Origin: Candidatus Nomurabacteria bacterium
GTDB taxonomy: Bacteria; Patescibacteriota; Minisyncoccia; Phycocordibacterales; UBA9973
Length of the DNA stretch: 64,000 nucleotides
Assembly (NCBI GenBank): GCA_026395995.1
Contig: JAPLXQ010000010.1
Span: 69,296-133,295, forward strand
Reading direction: 5' to 3'
Shown here: in pieces, positions 16,791 through 25,522 of the stretch
Numbering within the stretch: the first letter of the stretch is position 1
How the letters are laid out: each line of letters starts with the position of its first letter
The notes under the pieces: model-generated
What the model was told of the DNA's origin: nothing
The model's database searches: none
Seen by the model: only the letters and a program-made list of their open reading frames with translations
Made by a program: the position numbers and the translations under genes

Positions 16791-18218
16791 ATGAATGGAA
16801 AATTAATTATCGCAAGGCATGAAGAATCAGAATGGAATAAACTCGGCAAATGGACTGGTTCTGTGAATATTGGTTTAACTGGTGAAGGCTTTAATCAGTC
16901 CAGAAAAATGGGTGAACTCATTCGTGGTATTCCTATGGATCAAGCTTTTGCTTCAGCGCAAATCAGATCACTTGAAACACTTCTTTGTATGGAGGACGAC
17001 ATTTGTATTGATTTACCGATTACTCGATCCGATGCTTTAAATGAAAGAGATTATGGTGATTATACTGGAAAAAATAAATGGGAAATGAAAGATATTCTAG
17101 GCGAAGAAGAGTTTGATAAGCTTCGTCGTGATTGGGATTATTCTGTGCCAAATGGTGAGACTTTGAAAATGGTTTATGAAAGAATTGTGCCATACTACCT
17201 AAACACTATTTTGCCAATCTTAAAAGAAGGGAAGACCGTGCTTCTCGTCGCTCACGGAAATTCTTTGCGAGCCTTGATGAAATATTTAGAAAATATTTCT
17301 GATGAAAACATCTCTCATTTAGAAATGCTTTTTGATACTGTAGTAATTTATGAAATAAATGAAGAAGGAAAAATGGTTAGTAAGGAAGAGAGACATTTGC
17401 CAGCCATAAAAAATGATACAAAAAAGGTTGCACAAATTGTCGCAACGATTGGAATAAATTCTGGAAATAGAGAAACTCTTTTAGAATTGTTTAAAAATGG
17501 TATGAATATTGCTCGTTTGAATTTTTCTTGGTCTAGCCTAGATTGGCATGCAGAAAAAATAGCTTTAATTAAAGCTTCAGCCAAAGAGGCTGGAAAAAAT
17601 ATTTTGATTATTCAGGATTTACCAGGACCTAGAATTCAAGAAGAACATGGGCATACATATGACAAGACTACGACTTTCGATATGACAGAGCAAGATAAAA
17701 ATTTTGTGAAATTTGGTGTCGAGCAAGAGGTAGACTACACAGCACTTTCATTTGTCGGTAGTAAAAAAGAAATATTAGAATGTCGTGAACTTATAAAAAG
17801 TCTTGGTGGTACACAAAAAATAATTGCGAAAGTAGAGAGAAAAATCGCCGTCGATAACCTCGAAGAAATTATTTCTTCGGCTGATGCAGTGATGGTAGCC
17901 AGGGGAGATCTGGGCGATGAATTTCCACTTGAACAAGTTCCATTTATACAAGATAAAATTATTAAAGCTTGTAATAAGGCTGGTAAGCCCGTAATCACTG
18001 CTACACAAATGATGCTGTCGATGACAAATAGTCCGACGCCGACACGTGCTGAAGTAACAGATGTTTACTCTGCAATCTCACAAGGTAGCGATGCAGTAAT
18101 GCTTTCAGAAGAAACAGCCACAGGTAAATATCCAGTCGAAGCTGTGACTATGATGGAGAAAATTATTCTAGAAGCCGAAAGCCATATGACTAGTGATAAA
18201 AAATTAAATCTTTTGTAA
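16791..18218 (+). CDS. fusion of 2,3-BPG-dependent phosphoglycerate mutase (N-terminal) with a minimal pyruvate kinase A-domain (C-terminal)
   Basis: N-terminus: [15 protein letters not shown] and [13 protein letters not shown] (dPGM). C-terminus: [10 protein letters not shown] ... [10 protein letters not shown] ... IIAKVE ... [12 protein letters not shown] ... [20 protein letters not shown] ... [32 protein letters not shown] (pyruvate kinase), but with no B-domain lid and no C-terminal regulatory domain. Confidence 0.75.
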   Translation: MNGKLIIARHEESEWNKLGKWTGSVNIGLTGEGFNQSRKMGELIRGIPMDQAFASAQIRSLETLLCMEDDICIDLPITRSDALNERDYGDYTGKNKWEMKDILGEEEFDKLRRDWDYSVPNGETLKMVYERIVPYYLNTILPILKEGKTVLLVAHGNSLRALMKYLENISDENISHLEMLFDTVVIYEINEEGKMVSKEERHLPAIKNDTKKVAQIVATIGINSGNRETLLELFKNGMNIARLNFSWSSLDWHAEKIALIKASAKEAGKNILIIQDLPGPRIQEEHGHTYDKTTTFDMTEQDKNFVKFGVEQEVDYTALSFVGSKKEILECRELIKSLGGTQKIIAKVERKIAVDNLEEIISSADAVMVARGDLGDEFPLEQVPFIQDKIIKACNKAGKPVITATQMMLSMTNSPTPTRAEVTDVYSAISQGSDAVMLSEETATGKYPVEAVTMMEKIILEAESHMTSDKKLNLL

Positions 18219-18220
18219 AA

Positions 18221-18253
18221 CTGCAGGGCGGAGGGGAACCCTCCGCCCTGCAG
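18221..18253. repeat. 15-bp perfect GC-rich inverted repeat CTGCAGGGCGGAGGG/CCCTCCGCCCTGCAG with 3-nt loop, no U-tract
   Basis: Lies directly after the pgm-pyk stop and before the TA pair. Highly atypical composition for this genome. Confidence 0.6.
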
Positions 18254-18298
18254 TTATCCACTTGACTTCTATATACACTCTATATATACTGTGTGTAT

Positions 18299-18571
18299 AT
18301 GTCAGAAACAGTAATAAATTTTAAAACAAGTGCAAAGCTTAAAGCACAAGCGAAAGAGGTCCTCGATGAAATGGGACTCAATTTTTCTATTGCTTTAAAT
18401 GATTATTTAAAAAAAATAATTCTCGAAAAGAGAATTGAATTCACTGTGCCTGAAATCCCAAATGCTCGTTTACGAAAAGCTATCAAAGAATCTAGGGAAG
18501 ATTATAAAAATGGAAAATCTTTTGGACCATTTAAGAATCATGAAGATTTTGAAAAATCATTAATGTCCTAA
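18299..18571 (+). CDS. dinJ: type II antitoxin, DinJ/RelB family
   Basis: MSETVINFKTSAKLKAQAKEVLDEMGLNFSIALNDYLKKII ribbon-helix-helix pattern. Immediately upstream of the toxin. Confidence 0.6.
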   Translation: MSETVINFKTSAKLKAQAKEVLDEMGLNFSIALNDYLKKIILEKRIEFTVPEIPNARLRKAIKESREDYKNGKSFGPFKNHEDFEKSLMS

Positions 18572-18575
18572 ATTT

Positions 18576-18839
18576 ATGCTTAATGCTATTTTCTCTAAAA
18601 ACTTTAAAAAATCTTTCAAAAAGAAAGATAAAATTATTCAAGAAAAAGTAAAAATACGCATTAGACTCTTTAGAGAAGATCCAAATAATTTAATTTTAAA
18701 TAATCATAAACTTTCAGGTGAGTATGAGGGTTGTAGTAGTATAAATATAACTGGTGATTATAGAGTAGTTTTTGAATTTCTTGATAAAAATACTGTGAAC
18801 TTAGTAGATATCGGAACTCATTCAGAATTGTATGAGTAA
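18576..18839 (+). CDS. yafQ: type II toxin, YafQ/RelE family
   Basis: NHKLSGEYEGCSSINITGDYRVVFEF ... VDIGTHSELY matches the YafQ/RelE mRNA-interferase core. Confidence 0.6.
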   Translation: MLNAIFSKNFKKSFKKKDKIIQEKVKIRIRLFREDPNNLILNNHKLSGEYEGCSSINITGDYRVVFEFLDKNTVNLVDIGTHSELYE

Positions 18840-18868
18840 TGATAAAAATTAAATCTTTTGTAAAAATT

Positions 18869-20122
18869 ATGACAAAAATAAAAAAAGTTACGGGGAGGGA
18901 AATAATAGATTCACGGGGGAATCCGACTGTCGAAGTCGAGTGTGAACTTGAGAGTGGGGCAGTGGCTGTGGCGGGTGTGCCGTCTGGGGCGAGTACAGGA
19001 ATACATGAAGCTTTGGAATTGCGAGATGCAGATAAGGCTAGGTACAACGGCCTCGGAGTTTTGAATGCAGTAAATAATGTAAACACAATAATCAATGAAA
19101 ATATTTCTGGAAAAGAATTTGATCAGAAATCTTTAGATGAGGCATTGATAAATTTAGATGGAACAAAAAATAAATCCAAACTCGGAGCGAATGCAATACT
19201 CGGTGTGTCGCTCGCTTTTGCTCGTGCAGTCGCAAATGAAAAGAAAATAAATTTATATGAATATTTAGGGAGCTTAGTAGGGAATACAGAATATGCTTTA
19301 CCCGAGCCGATGTTTAATGTTATCAATGGTGGTAAACATGCCGACAGTGGACTCGACATTCAAGAATTTATGATTATCCCTGTCGGTATAAAAACTTTTA
19401 AAGAAAAAGTCCGTGTAGTTTCAGAAGTGATTTCAGCTTTGAAAAAAGTTTTAGTGGAAAAAGGATTTGGTGTCGGAGTAGGGGATGAAGGTGGCTTTGC
19501 ACCAAAACTCGCTTCCAATGAAGAAGCTTTTGATATTTTAATTATGGCGATACAAAATGCTGGTTATACTACAGAGCAAATAAAGATCGGTATTGATGCT
19601 GCAGCATCTAGCTTCTTCTTCGAGGGAATGTATAAATTAAAAATAGCAGGGGAGGAGAAAAGTTTTAATACCGATGAAATGATAGCTTGGTATGAAAAGC
19701 TCGTATCTACATACCCGATAATTTCTATCGAAGATGGACTCGACGAAGAAGACTGGGCGGGATTTGTATCATTAAATAAAAAACTCGGAGACAAGATAAA
19801 AATAATAGGGGATGACCTTCTTGTGACGAATATAGAAAAAATCCAAAAAGCTATTTCAGAAAATGCTGTGAATTCTGTTTTGATAAAATTGAATCAAATC
19901 GGAACTTTGTCTGAGACAATCGACGCAATACAAATGACTAAAAAACAAAATTGGAACGCTATCGTTTCGCACCGTTCAGGGGAGACAAATGATACATTTA
20001 TCGCCGACCTTGCCGTAGGACTATCATGTGGTTACATAAAATCTGGCTCACTAACCCGCGAAGAAAGAGTCTGTAAATATAATCGTTTGATGGAGATAGA
20101 AGAGAATTTACTATCTAAATAA
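18869..20122 (+). CDS. eno: enolase
   Basis: MTKIKKVTGREIIDSRGNPTVEVE N-terminus and SHRSGETNDTFIADLAVG active-site motif. Confidence 0.9.
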   Translation: MTKIKKVTGREIIDSRGNPTVEVECELESGAVAVAGVPSGASTGIHEALELRDADKARYNGLGVLNAVNNVNTIINENISGKEFDQKSLDEALINLDGTKNKSKLGANAILGVSLAFARAVANEKKINLYEYLGSLVGNTEYALPEPMFNVINGGKHADSGLDIQEFMIIPVGIKTFKEKVRVVSEVISALKKVLVEKGFGVGVGDEGGFAPKLASNEEAFDILIMAIQNAGYTTEQIKIGIDAAASSFFFEGMYKLKIAGEEKSFNTDEMIAWYEKLVSTYPIISIEDGLDEEDWAGFVSLNKKLGDKIKIIGDDLLVTNIEKIQKAISENAVNSVLIKLNQIGTLSETIDAIQMTKKQNWNAIVSHRSGETNDTFIADLAVGLSCGYIKSGSLTREERVCKYNRLMEIEENLLSK

Positions 20123-20128
20123 AAATTG

Positions 20129-20215
20129 CGGAGGATGTGAGATTCGAACTCACGGACCCTTTTACAGGTCGGCGGTTTAGTAAACCGCTAGTTTAAACCA
20201 CTCACTCAATCCTCC
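20129..20215 (-). tRNA. type II (long variable arm) Ser-like tRNA with anticodon loop UUACUAA (anticodon ACU, i.e. A34)
   Basis: Acceptor GGAGGAT/ATCCTCC, D-loop with GG, anticodon stem GCGGU/ACCGC, long variable arm, T-arm GTGAG-TTCGAAT-CTCAC, discriminator G. Same architecture as the tRNA-Ser(GCU) copies but G34 to A. Confidence 0.55.
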
Positions 20216-20265
20216 AAGATTGTATTGCTATTGTAATTTATTTTGTAATTTTATACAATAGAAGT

Positions 20266-21303
20266 ATGGTAGAGACGTTAATATTAAATAGGATAAAATT
20301 TAATAAAAAAGGAATTCAAAAAAAGCTTATTTTGCAAGCTAAAAAGTCTTTAAATTTAACATGGTCTGAATTTGCTAAAGAATTAGGTGTAAGTACTAGA
20401 ACACTTACAAATTGGAGTTGTGAAAAGTTAAATATGTCTTTTGTCTCTGCTGAAAGAATTTCAAAATTAACAGATCTTAAAATTCCTAAAGGCTATTTAG
20501 TTATAAAATGGGATGATCATTTAAGAAAGATTAGTGCATCTGGTGGAAAGAGTAGTTTCAAAAAACATGGAAGAGTTGGTGGTGATGAAATATATAGAAA
20601 AAATAAATGGAAAGAATGGTGGACTAAAAATGGAAAGTATCAAAAAGCTCCTAGTGGTTATAATTCATTGTTAAATATAAAAAAACCAAAACATAATAAA
20701 TTGCTTGCTGAATATGTCGGTATTATGCTAGGTGATGGTGGAATAGCAAAATATTCTACGACAATTACTCTTTCAAATGAAGAAATAAATTATGTTAATT
20801 ATATATCAAGTTTGATAAATAAATTATTCGGTTTGACCCCAAAAGTTTATAAAAAGAAAAACGCTAATGCTGTCGATATAGTAGTTCAAAGAAAAGCTTT
20901 GGTAGATTTTTGCCAAAGTATTGGACTTGTTCAGGGAAATAAAGTTAAACATCAAGTAGATATTCCAAGCTGGGTCAAAGAGAATAAAAGTTTTTCGATA
21001 GAATGTGTTAGGGGATTAATAGATACTGATGGGTGCTTTTACACTAATTCGTATTATGTGAATGGTAAAAAATATTTTTATTTTAAAATTGCTTTTAAAA
21101 ACAGTTCTTTGCCGTTAATTAAATCAGTGGCAGAGATTTTAGCTAGTTTAGGAGTAAAAGTGAGAATAAGTAGAAATTTAAAAGACGTGCGAATTGAAGA
21201 AAAAGAATCAGTTTTAAAATATATAAAGGAAATAGGGACATATAATGATAAACATTTACAAAAAATAATAAAATGGAAAAATAGCAAAAATATGTTAGAG
21301 TAG
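20266..21303 (+). CDS. free-standing LAGLIDADG-family homing-endonuclease-like protein with an N-terminal HTH domain
   Basis: Two LAGLIDADG-type motifs (VGIMLGDGG and RGLIDTDGCF) and an N-terminal HTH (SEFAKELGVSTRTLTNW). Sits between two tRNA genes. Confidence 0.6.
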   Translation: MVETLILNRIKFNKKGIQKKLILQAKKSLNLTWSEFAKELGVSTRTLTNWSCEKLNMSFVSAERISKLTDLKIPKGYLVIKWDDHLRKISASGGKSSFKKHGRVGGDEIYRKNKWKEWWTKNGKYQKAPSGYNSLLNIKKPKHNKLLAEYVGIMLGDGGIAKYSTTITLSNEEINYVNYISSLINKLFGLTPKVYKKKNANAVDIVVQRKALVDFCQSIGLVQGNKVKHQVDIPSWVKENKSFSIECVRGLIDTDGCFYTNSYYVNGKKYFYFKIAFKNSSLPLIKSVAEILASLGVKVRISRNLKDVRIEEKESVLKYIKEIGTYNDKHLQKIIKWKNSKNMLE

Positions 21304-21313
21304 TTGGGTCAAA

Positions 21314-21402
21314 GGAACCGTGTCTGAGCGGTCTAAGGTACCTCTTTGCTAAAGAGGCAGGGGCTTTAAAACCCCTCGCGAGTTCGAATCTCGCCGGTTC
21401 CG
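21314..21402 (+). tRNA. tRNA-Ser(GCU), copy 1
   Basis: Acceptor GGAACCG/CGGTTCC, anticodon arm CCTCT-TTGCTAA-AGAGG, long variable arm, T-loop TTCGAAT, discriminator G. Confidence 0.75.
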
Positions 21403-21423
21403 CAACAAATCTAAACCCAAATC

Positions 21424-21447
21424 CGCGGCGACCGCGTTTTTCGCGTG
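21424..21447 (+). terminator. Rho-independent terminator after tRNA-Ser copy 1
   Basis: CGCGGcgaCCGCG followed by TTTTT. Confidence 0.45.
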
Positions 21448-21629
21448 AATTTGGATTTTTTACGGTATCTGATGGACAAAGTTCGAAATTACTTCGAGCA
21501 GAACCCCAATGATTTAAAAAGCTTTAGCTTTTTATTTTGGCGAAATTCGGGCGGGCTTCCATAAATACATACTATCATATTATTCTAAGTTTGAATATCC
21601 TTGTTGTGAATATACACTTATGATATACT

Positions 21630-21851
21630 ATGGGTAAATCAATTAGAACAAAAGAATACGGAGTATTCGTCAAAAGTCTTCGCCAAGCTCGTGAAGAAAT
21701 GGGATTAACACAGGTTGAGGTCGCAAAGAAACTTAAAAGACCACAATCGTACATTTCTAAATGTGAAGCTGGCGAACAAAGGATTGATGTGGTTGAATTA
21801 AATAAGTTTGCGAAACTTTATAAAAAAAACATTGGATACTTTATAAGTTAA
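21630..21851 (+). CDS. XRE-family HTH regulator
   Basis: LTQVEVAKKLKRPQSYISKCEAGEQRIDVVELNKFAKLY matches the Cro/C1-type HTH. Confidence 0.65.
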   Translation: MGKSIRTKEYGVFVKSLRQAREEMGLTQVEVAKKLKRPQSYISKCEAGEQRIDVVELNKFAKLYKKNIGYFIS

Positions 21852-21861
21852 TTATAAAATT

Positions 21862-22512
21862 ATGGAAAACAAAGAAAAACAAAATAATTTGCCTTGGATA
21901 ATTGTTGGTGTAGTTGTAATCGTTTTTATTATTTTTTTGGTAAGTAGTTCTAACAAAGGAAACACGAATCAATCAGGTAATTCTCCAACAAATAGTATAA
22001 CTGGATTTTTTACGCCAGAAAGTGATGCTCAAATAAAATGCAAATCAGTTACTCAAAAAGCCTTCGATAATTGGTCGGGGAAATTATCTAAGCAACTTTA
22101 CGATTCCATAATGATTGGTACCGACACAGGTCAAATAATCAATACTGGCTCAACTGTTGATTACAAATATAATTACAATACTGATGTAAATCTTTGTTTT
22201 ATGGAATATGTTTTTTCATGGAAAGTTAAAAAGGTTAGTTCGGGAAATGAAGGACAGGTTGATATAAAAGTTGTGCAAACACTCTTTTCTGATACCAACG
22301 ACCCTACAACCACAGGAAATACAGCTCTCGCAACTTTAGCTACAGGAACTGGCCCAAGTGGAAGTCAACTAGTACAACTTTGTTCTGTTATGGTGCCAGG
22401 GCATTATGACGACCCAACACAAAAACCAGTAGGCGAATTACTTGCTCCTACACAATGCAAGTCGGAATCAGAGTTTAATTCATTGGTGCTCGAAAGATTT
22501 GGCATTAAGTAG
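21862..22512 (+). CDS. membrane-anchored extracytoplasmic protein (N-terminal TM helix)
   Basis: LPWIIVGVVVIVFIIFLV signal-anchor followed by a Thr/Gly-rich region. Confidence 0.4.
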   Translation: MENKEKQNNLPWIIVGVVVIVFIIFLVSSSNKGNTNQSGNSPTNSITGFFTPESDAQIKCKSVTQKAFDNWSGKLSKQLYDSIMIGTDTGQIINTGSTVDYKYNYNTDVNLCFMEYVFSWKVKKVSSGNEGQVDIKVVQTLFSDTNDPTTTGNTALATLATGTGPSGSQLVQLCSVMVPGHYDDPTQKPVGELLAPTQCKSESEFNSLVLERFGIK

Positions 22513-22520
22513 TAAATTTT

Positions 22521-22925
22521 GTGCAAAAACTTTCAAAAAAATCCTTAATATCATTAGTAGTAATAATTCTTTTGATATTTTTGGGTTTATATTTCTCGCG
22601 AGATTCTATAACCAAACAATGGAAAGAATTTCAATTGAATAAAGAATTCGTTTGCCCAGAAAATCAAACTGCTGAACAAGCTGACGCTTATCGGTATAAG
22701 CAAACTAAATTTTACGTAGATAATTACCCCGATATAACCTTTCAGAATTTTTTAAGTAGGCGTATGCAACTTTTAGTTTCTCATAAATGTTCAGTTACTC
22801 TGCAGAATCTAGCGAATGATAATAATGGTGTATTGCCAGATCAAAATTCTGTTAATGAACTTAAAAATGCACCTTACGGACCAAACAATCTAACTCTAAA
22901 AGAAATGGCGAAAAATTTAAAATAA
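22521..22925 (+). CDS. small membrane-anchored protein
   Basis: N-terminal hydrophobic helix SLISLVVIILLIFLGLYF. Confidence 0.4.
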   Translation: MQKLSKKSLISLVVIILLIFLGLYFSRDSITKQWKEFQLNKEFVCPENQTAEQADAYRYKQTKFYVDNYPDITFQNFLSRRMQLLVSHKCSVTLQNLANDNNGVLPDQNSVNELKNAPYGPNNLTLKEMAKNLK

Positions 22926-22930
22926 TTAAG

Positions 22931-23497
22931 ATGGAAAGCGCAGAACAAGATTGTCATATGTTGGAAGAATATCTAAAGGTATTTCAAGATTTGATGTTGA
23001 CCATTTTACAGCGTCGCGCTCTTTTTAGAGCTTTTGAGGAATCCTTGATTGGTAAAAATATATCTGATGAAAATCCTTTTTTAAAATTTTATGCAGGTGA
23101 TTATAGGCGTTCTCAATTTGCTGATTTAAGAAAATTTTTTGATAATAACAAACGATACCCGACTTATAAGTTTTCTTTTATTACGGAACATTGTTCCGAT
23201 AAAACTATTCTAGATAGCCATAAAGAATTATTAAAAAGTTGGCAAGATAAATTTCAGGACATCGCAAATAAAATTGATTTTCATATTGAACAAGGGTTTG
23301 TGGCTACTCCTGTCTTCAAAAAACAATTTGATGATTTCACTGACGAAGTAAATGAATATATTGATAAGGTCATTGAGGTTTTGGTAAAGGACGGTCATAA
23401 AATAAGTTATCAAATGGGAAGAAAATCAGAATCTGATTTTCTAGTGAATTGGCAAAAAGAATATTTTGATGAGTTTAAGAAGATTGTTTGCGAATAG
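22931..23497 (+). CDS. hypothetical protein
   Basis: 188-aa ORF. No family recognised. Confidence 0.35.
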   Translation: MESAEQDCHMLEEYLKVFQDLMLTILQRRALFRAFEESLIGKNISDENPFLKFYAGDYRRSQFADLRKFFDNNKRYPTYKFSFITEHCSDKTILDSHKELLKSWQDKFQDIANKIDFHIEQGFVATPVFKKQFDDFTDEVNEYIDKVIEVLVKDGHKISYQMGRKSESDFLVNWQKEYFDEFKKIVCE

Positions 23498-23885
23498 GGA
23501 GCAATCCCCGCCGTTTTATAATGTTTCTTCAAAACGGCGTGGATTTGTGCGCGAACGGGTGGGTGGGTCAAGCACATAAAGAAATTTAGGACTCGCCATC
23601 CTTTTTTTTGTTATAATTGTATGGTGAGACATTTTTTTGAATTTATAAGCCCGCCCGAATTTCGCCAAAACAAAAAGAGGAGCAAGCGGAGGATTCCTCC
23701 CCAGACCCCTCCTCCTCCGTTTGCGACATCCGAATTCAGAAAAAAGGAATCAGCCGAAGTTTTGCGGAATCCTTTCCCCAGAAAATTGTTTCCGCAAAAC
23801 TTCGTCCGCATTGTTTCAGATTTCTTTTTCTGGATTTTCTTCGAAAAAAGTTCGAATTTTGTCCAGAATATACCGCAAATGTTTT

Positions 23886-23974
23886 TGGAACCGTGTCTGA
23901 GCGGTCTAACGTACCTCTTTGCTAAAGAGGCAGGGGCTTTAAAACCCCTCGCGAGTTCGAATCTCGCCGGTTCC
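23886..23974 (+). tRNA. tRNA-Ser(GCU), copy 2 (2 mismatches to copy 1)
   Basis: 89 nt, same cloverleaf as 21314..21402. Differs only at taaggt/taacgt in the D-region. Confidence 0.75.
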
Positions 23975-24012
23975 GCTTGTAATAATTTTATACATTTAAC
24001 GGCAATAATAAT

Positions 24013-24270
24013 ATGAACGGTACAAATTGGTCGGAAGTTTTCTTTTTTATTTCTTCAATAGGTTTTATATCTCTATGGGTTTTAACTATAGTATTTTTAT
24101 TTTACTTGATAAAAACTATGCACACTTTTTCTAGAATTATGAACAAATTAGAAAAAGATATAGAGAATATAAGTGAAGAAGCAAAAGATATGATAGACGA
24201 TGTGCGAGACAATATGATTTTCAAATTTTTATTCGGGAAAAAGAAGAAACATCACAAGGTTAAAAAATAG
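24013..24270 (+). CDS. small membrane protein
   Basis: N-terminal TM helix FFFISSIGFISLWVLTIVFLFYLI. Confidence 0.35.
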   Translation: MNGTNWSEVFFFISSIGFISLWVLTIVFLFYLIKTMHTFSRIMNKLEKDIENISEEAKDMIDDVRDNMIFKFLFGKKKKHHKVKK

Positions 24271-24288
24271 TTTTAATAATAATTAATT

Positions 24289-24630
24289 GTGCAAATCACA
24301 ATTGAAAAAAGAATGAAAAAAACAAAAGGAATGTCAGTAGGGAAGAAGGTGGCAATAGGTGCAGGAGTAGCAGCTATCGGAGCAATAGGAGCGTATGCTT
24401 TTATGGGTCCAAATGGAAAAAAGAATCAAAAGAAAGCGAAAGTTTTAGTAAATAAAATGGTTAAGACAGAAAAGAAAATCCAAAAAGATTGGAAAAATTT
24501 AAAAACAAAAGCCGGACCATCTCTAAAAGAATTCAAAGCTACCGTAAAGAAAGTAGCAGGCCAAACAAAAAAAGAAATTAAGAAAGAGGTAAAGAAAGCT
24601 AAAAAAGTAATAAAAAAGATTAGTAAGTAA
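24289..24630 (+). CDS. lysine-rich small protein with N-terminal hydrophobic segment
   Basis: VAIGAGVAAIGAIGAYAF followed by a KKxK-rich tail. Confidence 0.35.
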   Translation: MQITIEKRMKKTKGMSVGKKVAIGAGVAAIGAIGAYAFMGPNGKKNQKKAKVLVNKMVKTEKKIQKDWKNLKTKAGPSLKEFKATVKKVAGQTKKEIKKEVKKAKKVIKKISK

Positions 24631-24731
24631 ATACAATAATTATTGATTCTTGCAACAAAAAGTCACTCAAATAGACTTGTAGTTTTTACTGATAAAATAT
24701 AAGGAGGATTTACTATTTTCTTTATAGTGTT

Positions 24732-25007
24732 ATGATTCTTTCTATGGCAACAATAACAAAAAAGATTGATACAGAGTGGTTTGAATTAATTTTGTCTGGA
24801 AAGAAAAAATATGAGCTTCGACTTGCTGATTTTGATATTCAAGAAGGGGATACAATCAGGCTTGAAGAGTATAATGAAGAAAAAATACCTACTGGAAGAT
24901 TTATCGAAAAGATCGTGACTTACGTTCGAAAACCAGATTTATCTGAATGGATAGAAAAACAACCAGAACTTTTAGAAAAGTCTTTTTATGTTATTTCGTT
25001 TGAGTAA
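24732..25007 (+). CDS. ASCH/DUF3850-like (PUA-like) small protein
   Basis: WFELILSGKKKYELRLADFDIQEGDTIRLEE pattern. Confidence 0.45.
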   Translation: MILSMATITKKIDTEWFELILSGKKKYELRLADFDIQEGDTIRLEEYNEEKIPTGRFIEKIVTYVRKPDLSEWIEKQPELLEKSFYVISFE

Positions 25008-25015
25008 TATTTTTT

Positions 25016-25522
25016 ATGGCTTTGAATATTCAAACAAAAAATAATACAGAACAAGAATTAGCCACTAAAGTGGTTATTGAATATGTTATTAAAAAGTATT
25101 CTGTACCTTTGTATACTTCCAATGTACTTATTGAAGAAAAGGTTATTCCACATTCTCATCCTGTTTTGACTTTAAATACTCGAACGACTGAGCCGTTATT
25201 TGTATTAAAGACTTTTGTACATGAGCAGTTTCATTGGTTTGTACAAAATAATGAAAAATATGCTGAATGTATTATGTATTTAAAAAAGTACCCTGATTTA
25301 GGAGATTGTAATAAAACTGGCACGTATCCAAACAGTTTTTGGGAGCATTTGATTGTTTGCTGGAATACGAAAAATTTCTTGAATCAATTGCTTGATATAG
25401 AAAAAATTAATTTCATTGATACTGATCGAAAAGTATATCCATTGACAGAAAAGTTTGTTGAGGAAAATTTTGAAACTTTAAAGAAAGATTTATCTAAATG
25501 GCAAATGGTATATAATTTTTAA
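25016..25522 (+). CDS. hypothetical protein
   Basis: 168-aa ORF. No family recognised. Confidence 0.35.
   Translation: MALNIQTKNNTEQELATKVVIEYVIKKYSVPLYTSNVLIEEKVIPHSHPVLTLNTRTTEPLFVLKTFVHEQFHWFVQNNEKYAECIMYLKKYPDLGDCNKTGTYPNSFWEHLIVCWNTKNFLNQLLDIEKINFIDTDRKVYPLTEKFVEENFETLKKDLSKWQMVYNF

Noticed and set aside
20129-20215. Reading the Ser-like tRNA anticodon loop as CUA (amber suppressor)
   Set aside because: This requires a non-canonical loop register, and TAG is used as a genuine stop codon for several genes in this window (for example 3458, 4785, 21303, 22512).
23621-24016. 131-aa plus-strand ORF (and the overlapping minus-strand ORF 23611..23811) in the GC-rich flank
   Set aside because: It runs straight through the tRNA-Ser copy 2 gene and a non-coding inverted-repeat region, with low-complexity Pro-rich translation. 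Almost certainly spurious.
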